IMG/VR virus record: IMGVR_UViG_3300012345_000014 | Span: 1-37,445 of that record | Length of the DNA stretch: 37,445 nucleotides | Strand: one strand, 5' to 3' | Origin: a virus | Part shown: piece by piece, positions 28,758 through 37,445 of the stretch | Numbering within the stretch: position 1 is the stretch's first letter | Layout: each line of letters opens with the position of its first letter | Notes under the pieces: model-generated | Databases searched by the model: none | Told to the model about the DNA's origin: nothing | The model's input: the letters and a program-made list of their open reading frames with translations, nothing else | Made by a program: the position numbers and the translations under genes

Positions 28758-30707
28758 TTATTCAGTTGAGACTAGGTTACGACCAGGAGTAATTGCATCA
28801 ATAGTTAAGCCACGAATGGTTGGGCGTCCTGAATTGATTGTAAACTTGATGTCTAGGGCATAGGCTCTGCGTGAAACCTTAGCCCTAACATTCTTATCTT
28901 CTGCGGTTGTGCTTGTGAAGTTAATCAAGCTGATTGCCGTGTCTGGATTCGTAGCAATAGCAGAGATGTCCATGCTTGTGCTAGCATCCAGAAGCATATC
29001 AGTCTGTAGGCCAGAGAACCTCTTTTGATCAAAGGTCTTGAAGCTGTAACGTCTGCTTGTGAGTATAGCAGGAATCGAAGATTGAATCACTCCAGTAACG
29101 AATACGGCTGAGTCTGCACCTGCTGTATCTCCTAGCAGAGCCAAGCCTAGAACTGGTGTTCCACTCCCATTGTTGAGAATATCGACCTCTCCTTGTTCGC
29201 TTAGATGCAGCTTCCTCAACGAGACTGCAAACATCTGGTTTCTGTTGTTGTAGACTGCCTGTAATAGCACTCTAGGAGCATACGAACCATAAGTTGAGTT
29301 CTGCGGATACTTGTCCACCGATTCCCACGCTTGGTTCAGCAGTGAGTAAACGAGCGTTGCATTGTTAGTCGTTGGAGGAACATCGGAGTCAATCAGAGGG
29401 ATCGAAAGGTAGTAACGGTTGTTGAAGAACAGTCCACAGGCGTTCTGGGCATACTGCGTGTTGATGTCCTCAATGATGTCAGAGATTAGATCAGACAGAG
29501 GCTTTTGATCACCTACTAACTTAAGGTCTAACGTGTTGTTAAGCAAGTAAACACCACGATCTGAGAGGAAGAACACCTGTTGTCCTGCAAACGTAATGCT
29601 ACGCCTTGCAATGCATCCAAACTGGTTGGTGAGAGTCTGAACGAACGACTCATTGTCGATTCCTCGGTCAATCGTTGTGTTCGTGATAGCAGGTGGCGGA
29701 ATGTAACCGTAGTAGATGCTATTCCGCTTAAAGATCAGGAACTTGTCTTCTTGGAATGGAACAAAGCCAACAATATAGTCGTTATCTCCCACGTTGATCT
29801 TGAATTGATCCAACGAGACATCAAACACGTTTGGCTCGTAATAGTTAGACGCTGCAATCTCATCACGGCTAACACAAAGCACAATACGACCTTGGAAATA
29901 CATTCCGAAGTCTGCTGGAGGCATACAAGAACTCGTTGTGTTTGCTAAGAATGGGAATTGCTCTGGAATAGATCCAGCAGCAACAACCGCTTGAGGCATC
30001 ACAGTTACTGTTAATGCTGTTGGGTTTCCATCAAATACCAAAGGAGCTTTAGCCTTAACACAGTCGAATGTGCCGTGGTTTACAGTTCCTGAAGTTGTCG
30101 TTGTGTATGTAATTGATGTTGTGCTAGGAACTGTCTCAACGAAGTAAGTTCCTGAAATATTTGGATGCGTTGGAACATTAACAATGATCTCATCTCCAAT
30201 GGCATAACCATGATTAGAGGGAAAAGAGCTTAGAGTTACAGTTGTTCCAGTGCGACTAGCTGAAGTTCCAGTGAAGACAGTGTTTCGGCTGTAACCTCGC
30301 AAGATATAAATCTTGTCCTCAGCTTGGAAAGCATCAACTGGATCTGACTCGGAGATGGAACGAAAGAACGTAGTCGCACCAATCACCCGTGAAGGGTAAG
30401 GTCTAGCTGAAGAAATAGTCTTCGTCGTCGTGTTGTAGGTGTAAAGTGCAGTCTCGGAGACTAGGACGATAGACTGCTCACCTGTGATGCTCGTATAGAG
30501 GCAACTGGTCAGGAACTTCTTGCCACCAGATACAAGGTCGGGAGTTGTTAGGTCTAGACAACCTGCACGAACCTTAGCCTCTCCACGATCCATCCGCATA
30601 TTCTGTGCGTATTGCACATAGCCTGCTGCTACGTTTACAGGATTCTCTCGGCTGGAAATACCAACAAAGCCAAGGTCACCTTCAGTTTGATATGGATTGT
30701 TAGGCAT
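28758..30707 (-). CDS. Large virion structural protein (possible tail tube/nozzle)
   Basis: 649-aa ORF inside the structural module. The call rests on size and position only. Confidence 0.45.
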   Translation of the reverse strand: MPNNPYQTEGDLGFVGISSRENPVNVAAGYVQYAQNMRMDRGEAKVRAGCLDLTTPDLVSGGKKFLTSCLYTSITGEQSIVLVSETALYTYNTTTKTISSARPYPSRVIGATTFFRSISESDPVDAFQAEDKIYILRGYSRNTVFTGTSASRTGTTVTLSSFPSNHGYAIGDEIIVNVPTHPNISGTYFVETVPSTTSITYTTTTSGTVNHGTFDCVKAKAPLVFDGNPTALTVTVMPQAVVAAGSIPEQFPFLANTTSSCMPPADFGMYFQGRIVLCVSRDEIAASNYYEPNVFDVSLDQFKINVGDNDYIVGFVPFQEDKFLIFKRNSIYYGYIPPPAITNTTIDRGIDNESFVQTLTNQFGCIARRSITFAGQQVFFLSDRGVYLLNNTLDLKLVGDQKPLSDLISDIIEDINTQYAQNACGLFFNNRYYLSIPLIDSDVPPTTNNATLVYSLLNQAWESVDKYPQNSTYGSYAPRVLLQAVYNNRNQMFAVSLRKLHLSEQGEVDILNNGSGTPVLGLALLGDTAGADSAVFVTGVIQSSIPAILTSRRYSFKTFDQKRFSGLQTDMLLDASTSMDISAIATNPDTAISLINFTSTTAEDKNVRAKVSRRAYALDIKFTINSGRPTIRGLTIDAITPGRNLVSTE

Positions 30708-30710
30708 AGG

Positions 30711-31187
30711 TTACACGATCTTCTGAATGTCTTTACCGTTAGCTTCCATCCTTTCCCTTGCCTGAGCAAGAGACAGCCCAAAGGTAACTTGAAAGTGTGG
30801 CGTTTCTTGGAATGACTTCCAATGTCCAGCCCACTCAATACCGTTAGCCTCTGCAATCCTTCCAATCTCAGCGTAGAGTTTGTCTGCTTCAGCAGGTTTC
30901 TTTTCGTCGAGGTAAACTCCACCTTTGAACAAGCCAAGGTCTATGGCTAAACCGTAGTTATGCCAACTGGACCCAGGCTTTGCTTTGGTCACAATCTTGC
31001 CAGGCTTAGTCCTACCAGAAGCATAGAGAGCAGCTTGTGAAGCCCAAGAGCGTAAGCCAGAGATAACCTCAACAGTCACACCTTTTGGATTCATGATCGA
31101 CTCCACGATGACAAGGAAGCGATCTAGCTTGGCTAGTGCTTTCTTGTTTAGGCTCCCAAGGTTCTCAATGGTTCTCTTTGTTCTCAT
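30711..31187 (-). CDS. Endolysin, peptidase M15 (VanY/L-Ala-D-Glu peptidase-like)
   Basis: SGLRSWASQAALYASGR, SWHNYGLAIDL and ETPHFQ motifs. I prefer ATG 31185-31187 (MRTKRTIENLG) over the track's TTG at 31229. Confidence 0.85.
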   Translation of the reverse strand: MRTKRTIENLGSLNKKALAKLDRFLVIVESIMNPKGVTVEVISGLRSWASQAALYASGRTKPGKIVTKAKPGSSWHNYGLAIDLGLFKGGVYLDEKKPAEADKLYAEIGRIAEANGIEWAGHWKSFQETPHFQVTFGLSLAQARERMEANGKDIQKIV

Positions 31188-31308
31188 GTCGTTTCTTCTG
31201 CTCGTCAAATGCTGCTTGATCGCAAGCAAAGAACAAGGCTATTAGACCAAGTGCTCCCACTGCTACAAAAGCAAAGATGATGCCGAAGATAGCAGAGAGA
31301 ACAGTCAT
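31165..31308 (-). CDS. Small single-TM protein (holin/spanin candidate)
   Basis: Own translation: MTVLSAIFGIIFAFVAVGALGLIALFFACDQAAFDEQKKRHENKENH*, 47 aa. Overlaps the endolysin start out of frame. Confidence 0.45.
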   Translation of the reverse strand: MTVLSAIFGIIFAFVAVGALGLIALFFACDQAAFDEQKKRHENKENH

Positions 31309-31484
31309 TACAGACCAGTCTTGTCACCGTCTTTTGCTACAATCAGACCAAGACTAACTGCAAGTGCAGTAACTTGGTGAGCAACTGTGGCATATTGTGG
31401 AAACATTACAGGCACTACCACAGAGGCAACGCCGAAGAATCCAGCGAGACTTGTTTTCCAGTTTTTGAAGATGTTCTTTTTCAT
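31308..31484 (-). CDS. Small two-TM protein (holin candidate)
   Basis: Own translation: MKKNIFKNWKTSLAGFFGVASVVVPVMFPQYATVAHQVTALAVSLGLIVAKDGDKTGL*, 58 aa. TAATG overlap with the next ORF. Confidence 0.5.
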   Translation of the reverse strand: MKKNIFKNWKTSLAGFFGVASVVVPVMFPQYATVAHQVTALAVSLGLIVAKDGDKTGL

Positions 31485-31485
31485 A

Positions 31486-31653
31486 TTATTTGCGTAGGTT
31501 TTTAATTGCTGAAATGCAGCCTAATACACCAGCTAGAGTTCCGACTGCGAGAGAACTTAGCTTTAGCCACAGCTCAATCTCTGCCATGCTCGCTACTGTG
31601 CTTAGAAAAGCAAGTAACGAACCGACGAAAGGTGTGACGTTGTGATCATTCAT
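31486..31653 (-). CDS. Small two-TM protein (holin/antiholin candidate)
   Basis: Own translation: MNDHNVTPFVGSLLAFLSTVASMAEIELWLKLSSLAVGTLAGVLGCISAIKNLRK*, 55 aa. Confidence 0.45.
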   Translation of the reverse strand: MNDHNVTPFVGSLLAFLSTVASMAEIELWLKLSSLAVGTLAGVLGCISAIKNLRK

Positions 31654-31655
31654 CG

Positions 31656-32093
31656 TTATCTTCCTTCTTGGATAGTTGTTACAGCTACTGGAGTTGTGCC
31701 AGCATTTGAGTTGGCTACATTTCCATTTGCTGCCATAGTTAAGATAGCAGCATCACCACTAAGTGTTCCAGTCCATAATTCAGTATTTTCTGCCACTAAA
31801 ATGAGCAATTGAGCAAGTTGAGATGGTGGGTCACCTAGATTAAAAGAAACATTGTGTCCAATGCCTTCCACTGCTGGCTCAGTCTCATTGACAGAAGACC
31901 ACCAAAAGTAATGATTGTTACCTGCTGTATCACCAGCAGTTAAATACTTAGCAGTATCATCACCGTTAGATAGGTCTAAAGCAGTCAACCCAGTGAAGTC
32001 AAATCGTGTAATCTCCGGTCTTGGAGAAGACGAACCACCACTACGAAACGCAGAAACAGAGTTTGATAGGGTGATTGCAATCATTGAGTTCAT
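31656..32093 (-). CDS. Hypothetical structural-module protein
   Basis: 145-aa ORF that abuts its neighbours. Confidence 0.45.
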   Translation of the reverse strand: MNSMIAITLSNSVSAFRSGGSSSPRPEITRFDFTGLTALDLSNGDDTAKYLTAGDTAGNNHYFWWSSVNETEPAVEGIGHNVSFNLGDPPSQLAQLLILVAENTELWTGTLSGDAAILTMAANGNVANSNAGTTPVAVTTIQEGR

Positions 32094-32516
32094 TTACAGC
32101 GCAACAATCTCTTCCTTACGAGCCTCGGTGATAATGTCCAGCTCAACCAGTTTATCTAGTCCAGCGATAACGCGAGGATCATTGGAGTAGACTTGAGAGA
32201 ACCAAGTGGAAATCTCCAACCTTAAAGCAGCAACGGTTGTGTCAGTGCTGTTAGCGATGCCAAACGTCTCCTCGTCAGTAAACTCAGCCATGAAAGCTTG
32301 AGCGTTTGACCAGATTTTGTAGTCTGGTTTATCATTAATAACCCACTGACCATCAATCCATTCAGGCTCGTATTGAGTGTGATCGTCGTAAGGTGGTGCT
32401 GGTGGTCTAAGTGCCCAGCCATCCACCTTGGGATTTCCGGCAGCGGTCATTTCAGCAAACCACTCGTCATCAAAGTCTCGCGTTTCGTTTGTATCGGCGT
32501 TGTAATAGGTGCTCAT
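32094..32516 (-). CDS. Hypothetical structural-module protein
   Basis: 140-aa ORF with a 4-nt overlap upstream. Confidence 0.45.
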   Translation of the reverse strand: MSTYYNADTNETRDFDDEWFAEMTAAGNPKVDGWALRPPAPPYDDHTQYEPEWIDGQWVINDKPDYKIWSNAQAFMAEFTDEETFGIANSTDTTVAALRLEISTWFSQVYSNDPRVIAGLDKLVELDIITEARKEEIVAL

Positions 32517-33124
32517 GAGTAAATTCTAGGGTGACCTGCTGCTGTTAACGATCCAACTGTTGTCCATTCATTACCTTTAATATCTTGGTTAGTGCGTATT
32601 AACGGCAAATAAGCCACAAGAGATTGAGGTCGAATTTGGGCTGGTGTGAATCCTTTGAATAGTGAGGCAACTTCGCTATCTTCTAAAGCAACATTCCAAA
32701 TTCCTACTTCAGCGATTTGACCAATTAATGGATCGCCCACAGTTGTGCCACTTCCAAACACACCAATATTAGTTCTATCTAATCCAACTGTTGCTTGTAA
32801 TGCTGTATTTGTTCCTTTTGATCCGCCATTCAAAAAAACTGATCGATTTGTTGTAGATGCAAAAACTGCGCAAATGTGCTGCCACTGGTTTATTGAGTAA
32901 TTAGAAGTTGTTGTTGCAACCGCACTGTTTGTATAAGCTATTACAGACGATCCGCTTAATGCAATACCAACAGAACTTGCATTGGTCGGCGCATTGTTAA
33001 CTATAATATTTTGAGTTGCTGTTGAAGTAGAATAAACCCATGCTGCAAGAGTTAATGGTTGACCACTTGAGAGTGCCGTTAAAATTCGCACATAATTTGA
33101 AGTGCTAAAACCAGAAAAAGCCAT
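32513..33124 (-). CDS. LamG / concanavalin-A-like lectin domain protein
   Basis: 203 aa. LTLAAWVY, QWQHICAVF, FLNG and GQIAEVGIWNVALEDSEVASLF fit the Laminin_G_3-type pattern. Confidence 0.65.
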   Translation of the reverse strand: MAFSGFSTSNYVRILTALSSGQPLTLAAWVYSTSTATQNIIVNNAPTNASSVGIALSGSSVIAYTNSAVATTTSNYSINQWQHICAVFASTTNRSVFLNGGSKGTNTALQATVGLDRTNIGVFGSGTTVGDPLIGQIAEVGIWNVALEDSEVASLFKGFTPAQIRPQSLVAYLPLIRTNQDIKGNEWTTVGSLTAAGHPRIYS

Positions 33125-33125
33125 A

Positions 33126-33944
33126 TTAGTTAGCGGTTCGCACCTCCACAGTTACAAGTTCAGCATCACCTGCCATCGTGTCAGCAGCATCACCAGTATC
33201 ACGATAGATTTTCAGTCGGTAAGTATCACCAACAGTAACGCCATCAATCGCTGTGCAAGTGATGGAGGTTAAGCTTGTGATGCCACTTGTTCCATTGGTC
33301 GTTGTTGTGACTTCTGTTGCCGTGTCGAATGAGTCAGAGTCAAGATCCGTATTGCAACGCATCCATTGTGCTCCCCAACGGCAATCTCCACTTGTGGCTG
33401 TGGCAGCTGCCCAGCTAATGCGAACAGTAAGACCACTGGTCAAAACGGCACCTTCTGGAATGACTCCCACAAAGATTGCAGACTCTTCTGTGGCAGTGTC
33501 AAAGTCTAGAATTGCAATGCTGTTGCGCGTGTCGAGTGTCGCAAAGTTAGTCGCTGGAGGCTGGTTGTCGCGTGGAGTAAATTGAGCAATGGTTTTAGTT
33601 CCAGAGCCTCCACTTACTGTTGCCCACGTTGCATCACCGCGAAGATAAGTTGTAGCATCAGCAGTGCCAGTGCCTAGTCGAGCAGTTGCCACACTGCCAG
33701 TTAGGTTTCCAGCTGGAATGCTTGTGCAATTGGTTAGCGTTCCGCTTGATGGCGTTCCAAGTGCTCCACCAGATGCCACTGCACCTAAAGCGGTGATTTG
33801 TGCTGCTGCGTTAGCGGCTTCAAGCAATGCTGCGCCTGCTGCTGTAGATGTGAATTTACGGTCAACACCACCTTGGGTTCCATAAAATAAACCACCAGTT
33901 GCAGCCGTTGCTGCTGTTAGGTTTGCGAGTGTAGTGTCAGCCAT
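33126..33944 (-). CDS. Tail-fibre-like protein
   Basis: 272 aa. N-terminal LGTPSSGTLTNCTSIPAGNLTG...TYLRGDATWATV is a recurrent phage fibre motif. Confidence 0.6.
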   Translation of the reverse strand: MADTTLANLTAATAATGGLFYGTQGGVDRKFTSTAAGAALLEAANAAAQITALGAVASGGALGTPSSGTLTNCTSIPAGNLTGSVATARLGTGTADATTYLRGDATWATVSGGSGTKTIAQFTPRDNQPPATNFATLDTRNSIAILDFDTATEESAIFVGVIPEGAVLTSGLTVRISWAAATATSGDCRWGAQWMRCNTDLDSDSFDTATEVTTTTNGTSGITSLTSITCTAIDGVTVGDTYRLKIYRDTGDAADTMAGDAELVTVEVRTAN

Positions 33945-33946
33945 AA

Positions 33947-34093
33947 TTAGTTAAGTTGAAGTCTAGAGCCATCATTATCGGAAAGAAGAAGGTAGTCGTC
34001 ACCGTTCGATAACAATAAGAACGATGGCTCTGCTGGAACACCAGACATGCCAGTTGAAGGCTTAATGTTAAGCGAAAGTGTAATGGCAATCAT
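33947..34093 (-). CDS. Small protein (below the ORF-track cutoff)
   Basis: Own translation: MIAITLSLNIKPSTGMSGVPAEPSFLLLSNGDDYLLLSDNDGSRLQLN*, 48 aa. Fills the gap upstream of the fibre-like gene. Confidence 0.4.
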   Translation of the reverse strand: MIAITLSLNIKPSTGMSGVPAEPSFLLLSNGDDYLLLSDNDGSRLQLN

Positions 34094-34099
34094 GAGAGA

Positions 34100-34366
34100 T
34101 TACGCAGGGAGCTTGTAAGCACGAACGCGACCAGATGTCAGCGTGAAAGCAGTGATACCAAGACCGTTAATGATCGTTGTTCCTGCTGGAATAGTGAAGC
34201 CAGTCATAGCGTCACCTGATTTGCTGTTCTCGGTCAGTAAGGAAAAAACAGTATCAGTGAGAACTTGGATAGCATAGAACTTACCAGTTACGGCAGTTGT
34301 TCCAGTTTCGACTACAACACCATGACAAGCTCCTGCTGCTCCTGCGATATTTACGTTATTTTGCAT
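34100..34366 (-). CDS. Hypothetical small structural-module protein
   Basis: 88-aa ORF. Confidence 0.45.
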   Translation of the reverse strand: MQNNVNIAGAAGACHGVVVETGTTAVTGKFYAIQVLTDTVFSLLTENSKSGDAMTGFTIPAGTTIINGLGITAFTLTSGRVRAYKLPA

Positions 34367-34368
34367 AA

Positions 34369-35130
34369 TTAATAAGTGAAGACTCTCATTGTTTTAACCT
34401 GTCCCTCAGAGCGAAGGACACGGTCTACTTGCATCATTTTTGCCTGGTCAGCTTCTTGGTCTGCAATAGCAGCAGACTCAAACTGTGACTCAGAGCGAAG
34501 GTAATCCGAAAGGATGCCACGGACAAGGTAGTCTGTGGTGAAATAAGGAACTTCGACCATCTGCCAGCGTGCAGGAGTGTTGACTGGATGCTCACCAGAG
34601 TTACCAGCAGAAAGACAGGTATAGAAGTTACCTGATCCACCTGAAGTCTTGGAAGGTTGATAGTTTCCTGTCAGTGTCCCAGTGTCGAAGTAGATCTGTG
34701 CTCCTGTGGTGTAGTTAGAACTAGCATCATAAGCCTCACCAAAGAAGGTCGGAGGTGGTAAACGATACTCTACCCAGACTGGGTTGGTAGAACTTAGCAT
34801 CACGATGCGGGAAGAGTCACCGCTATCGTCGAGATAGTAACTCACGTTCACTGCTCTGGCAGTCACGCGAGGATTGAGCTGGTAGACATTCAGAATGTCA
34901 CCGTTAGCTTCTGTGATGTCGATGGATGCCACTGAGTCTTCGTCAGTCGTTACATTCATCTCTTCAACGCGAACAATGTCAGGCCAGGGTTCCTGCTCCC
35001 AAATGTCAGAAATGCGTTGAGTTGCGAAGTCACGAATCATGCGAAACGTTGAGTCCTGAATCGCTGAACGATCCATGCCACACAACGTAATTGCACGATA
35101 CAGTATTTCGCTAAAGTTGGTTGTTCTCAC
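34369..35130 (-). CDS. Hypothetical virion protein (possible adaptor / tail tubular A)
   Basis: 253-aa ORF two genes downstream of the capsid gene. The call is positional only. Confidence 0.45.
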   Translation of the reverse strand: MRTTNFSEILYRAITLCGMDRSAIQDSTFRMIRDFATQRISDIWEQEPWPDIVRVEEMNVTTDEDSVASIDITEANGDILNVYQLNPRVTARAVNVSYYLDDSGDSSRIVMLSSTNPVWVEYRLPPPTFFGEAYDASSNYTTGAQIYFDTGTLTGNYQPSKTSGGSGNFYTCLSAGNSGEHPVNTPARWQMVEVPYFTTDYLVRGILSDYLRSESQFESAAIADQEADQAKMMQVDRVLRSEGQVKTMRVFTY

Positions 35131-35486
35131 GCGTAGACTTTACGATGCTTTAGGTTACGAGTCGAGGAGGAACCAGAGAAACCAACATGAATTTCTTTCG
35201 TTCCGCCACTGTTGACTTTGCAATAGGGATTCTTTTCCATGTAACGCTTTCGGAATGCTGCATCCTTCCAGCAGTCATAACCTAAACGCTGTCCCCAATA
35301 GTGAAACGAATCTGCATTGATTCGCATCTGTAGTTGACCAATGCCGTCAATCGACTTGGCCTTGATTTGGTTAACCTGTCCGACAGCTTGCGTTTGAGCC
35401 TCAGCCATCACCTTTTGAAAGTTCCATCCTGTCTTGAATTCCTTGAGCATAGCTCCATGGAGTTCTTCGGGGATTTGTTCGATCAT
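35127..35486 (-). CDS. Hypothetical protein
   Basis: 119-aa ORF directly downstream of the capsid gene. Confidence 0.45.
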   Translation of the reverse strand: MIEQIPEELHGAMLKEFKTGWNFQKVMAEAQTQAVGQVNQIKAKSIDGIGQLQMRINADSFHYWGQRLGYDCWKDAAFRKRYMEKNPYCKVNSGGTKEIHVGFSGSSSTRNLKHRKVYA

Positions 35487-35536
35487 AAGTAATGGCTGAG
35501 GATTGTGTTACGCGATGCTTAGACTAGTATTTACTA

Positions 35537-36586
35537 CTATGATGTAGCAGCAAATTTCCCAAGACCTAGGGGATTTTTGCATACGAGTCCGGCCACGGCT
35601 TTTATGAGCCGTGCGGGGCCGCCACCAGCATCAGGAAGTTCTGTCACCTGTGGAAGGTTAGTGTAACGCAACTCCAAGAGATCCATGTCGAGGACATAAC
35701 CACGGAAAGCACCATTAGCACCACCAACACCATTGAACAGAGTTGGATGCAAGCGGAGGCTACCGAAGTCACCTTCGAACAGATCAACAGAAGAGCTGAT
35801 CGTGTCGCTAAAGGCATCACGGTTGAGTGTGCGAACACTTGCAAAGGTATTTGCAGTTGGAGTTGCGAGTTGTGTTGCTGTATAAAGCAAGTTGCTGAAA
35901 GCACGTTTCAGAGTTGGACCAACGACAGTGTCGAACACCTTCATCTGACCAGTCTGGTTGTAGATGCTAGTCAGAACACCTTGAGCATCTGTTTCAGCAA
36001 ATGAACCTGTTGGAGTAGTATTGATGCTAGCCGCAGGTGTGCGGTAGTCAGGACCAGATACTTCACCCGATGGAATAGGATCAACTAAACCAGTCTGGGA
36101 TTCATTATTGATCCAGCGACCAAGAGCTTTGGTTTGATAAGGATTTGTGCCGTTATCAATGACAGCTTGGTTGTCAGAACAGATCGCCGCCTCCATATCC
36201 CTTTTTAACAATTTTATCCCCTTGGCGACCATCCCTGAAAGTTCATCGCGCAGACCAGCCACAATGGAAACGTCCACTGCAAGAGGAGAGACGCGGATTG
36301 CACGTTGGAATACCTGAACATGGTTCGTGAGAATTGCACGGCCATCGTTAAGGTTAGCGTATCCAAGACCACCAGAACCACCAACGGTGACATCTGATCC
36401 GTCAAGAGTACCTGTGATAACTGCGGCTGGCATGTTGTCAGCTTGGAACTGAAGCAAGGTATTACCTGGCTTGTTACCTTTTGGAATCATCGACGTTACA
36501 GGAGTGTCCTTAGCGTCAACGAGTGTGATGTAGTCGGCAAGATCTTCGCGTTTACCGACCTGTGAGCGTTCAAATAGAGCAGGCAT
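35537..36586 (-). CDS. Major capsid protein (HK97-fold type)
   Basis: 349 aa. The N-terminal KREDLADYITLVDAKDTPVTSMIPKG pattern is typical of HK97-like capsid proteins. Follows the scaffold gene. Confidence 0.8.
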   Translation of the reverse strand: MPALFERSQVGKREDLADYITLVDAKDTPVTSMIPKGNKPGNTLLQFQADNMPAAVITGTLDGSDVTVGGSGGLGYANLNDGRAILTNHVQVFQRAIRVSPLAVDVSIVAGLRDELSGMVAKGIKLLKRDMEAAICSDNQAVIDNGTNPYQTKALGRWINNESQTGLVDPIPSGEVSGPDYRTPAASINTTPTGSFAETDAQGVLTSIYNQTGQMKVFDTVVGPTLKRAFSNLLYTATQLATPTANTFASVRTLNRDAFSDTISSSVDLFEGDFGSLRLHPTLFNGVGGANGAFRGYVLDMDLLELRYTNLPQVTELPDAGGGPARLIKAVAGLVCKNPLGLGKFAATS

Positions 36587-36614
36587 AATATTTTATTTTA
36601 TTGAGTTTGTTAGG

Positions 36615-37445
36615 TTAAAGGAATCTCTCAGCAATGAGTGCTTTGAATGAATCCTTATCGTTTGGGTTTTTCCTGAATGCTTCCTCAGTAGAGCGAGCTT
36701 TCATTGACTTTGAAGTTTGAACAGGTGCAGATGCTGTCTGCTTCGGATTTGATGGAGCCTTCTTAATAGCAGATGTAGGCTTGACCTTGGATTCCCGAAT
36801 CCTTTTACCTTCGATCATATCTCCAATGGAGAGTTTGAAATCAGGGAACTTTTGGATCTCTGGGAACTCACGAATCAAAGCGTTAGCATACTGATATTCT
36901 TGGCTTGAGCGTTGTTTCCAGAACGGATAAGTCTTTTCAGCTTCTGCATCAAACTGCTTACGCGTTTGAATATAGTTCATCTGAGAAGGCAAGTGTTCTT
37001 CAAGGGCATCAATAGCGTTAAGCTTGATCTTGCGGATGTCTTCCGCAGAGTATTCAACCTCTTGACCATCTTTGCCAGTAACAACAGCACCATCAGGATT
37101 CTCTTCAGCCCACCGTCTAACCTGTCGAGCGTTTCGGATCTCCGCATGAACATCAGTATCGCTTTGCAGCTTGAAGTATGGGTTTAATCCTTTGTCAGTT
37201 GGTGCAAAGTCCTTTTGGGAATTGGCAGCTTGTGACTCTGTTTCGGCTAGTTTTTCAGCGAGAGCATTTAGCTTTGCCTCGGCTTCCTTCTTCTGAGCGA
37301 CTAATTTGTCGATCCGTTTCTGGACTCCTTTGGAAAGTTGCTTGTCCTGTTTATCTTCATCGTCAGCTTTAGACTCTTCTGCTTCGTCAGCATTATCGTC
37401 TTCGACATTAGATTCAGTTTCAGAATCCTCTGATTCAGTCTCATC
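36615..37445 (-). CDS. Scaffolding-like protein, 3' (C-terminal) segment; open to the window end
   Basis: The track truncates this ORF at a TTG (36992). My own reading shows the frame has no stop from 36992 up to 37445 (...KQLSKGVQKRIDKLVAQKKEAEAKLNALAEKLAETESQ...) and joins 1-247 through the 55-bp redundancy. Acidic, coiled-coil-rich and just upstream of the capsid gene. Confidence 0.6.
   Translation of the reverse strand, partial: DETESEDSETESNVEDDNADEAEESKADDEDKQDKQLSKGVQKRIDKLVAQKKEAEAKLNALAEKLAETESQAANSQKDFAPTDKGLNPYFKLQSDTDVHAEIRNARQVRRWAEENPDGAVVTGKDGQEVEYSAEDIRKIKLNAIDALEEHLPSQMNYIQTRKQFDAEAEKTYPFWKQRSSQEYQYANALIREFPEIQKFPDFKLSIGDMIEGKRIRESKVKPTSAIKKAPSNPKQTASAPVQTSKSMKARSTEEAFRKNPNDKDSFKALIAERFL
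37391..37445. repeat. Terminal redundancy, copy 2 (identical to 1-55)
   Basis: See copy 1. The redundancy lies inside a coding region, which fits an assembly circularisation overlap. Confidence 0.95.

Noticed and set aside
1-37445. CRISPR array, tRNA or rRNA genes, integrase or lysogeny module, transposase
   Set aside because: No spaced repeat array, cloverleaf-capable sequence, or tyrosine/serine recombinase or transposase motifs were seen in any minus-strand ORF. This absence is by eye only.

Overview
The window is effectively one complete dsDNA phage genome of about 37.39 kb, written as a closed circle: bases 1-55 are identical to 37391-37445. Every credible gene lies on the minus strand, tightly packed with many ATGA/TAATG overlaps.

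Reading the minus strand:
- Replication, recombination and accessory module (18441 down to 5580): metallophosphoesterase, Sak4-like ATPase, PD-(D/E)XK exonuclease, mini-SSB, resolvase-like nuclease, HNH endonuclease, C5 cytosine methyltransferase, replication initiator, DnaB-like helicase, HicB-like protein.
- A 705-bp non-coding hub (4875-5579).
- Morphogenesis module: terL, portal, a scaffold gene that wraps the window junction, major capsid protein, fibre-like and LamG proteins, three small membrane proteins plus an M15 endolysin, a large tail protein, Gln-rich proteins, a PAPS-reductase-family enzyme, and a 1718-aa multidomain virion protein with HExxH and GNAT modules.

I recognised no tape measure, sheath, DNA or RNA polymerase, integrase, tRNA or CRISPR array. 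'Podovirus-like lytic phage' is an inference.

Most notable observations:
1. The methyltransferase gene is open in two frames, and both frames carry methyltransferase-family motifs. This could be dual coding, recoding or an indel error.
2. The giant polyvalent protein has a five-fold FQP motif and two similar roughly 45-aa modules.
3. A PP-loop (PAPS-reductase-like) enzyme sits inside the virion module.
4. The non-coding hub holds a plus-strand terminator with structured RNA, a G6TG8 tract and direct repeats.
5. GTTACT iterons phased at 10 bp lie at the initiator gene.

All functional calls come from motif recognition by eye. No database search was run.
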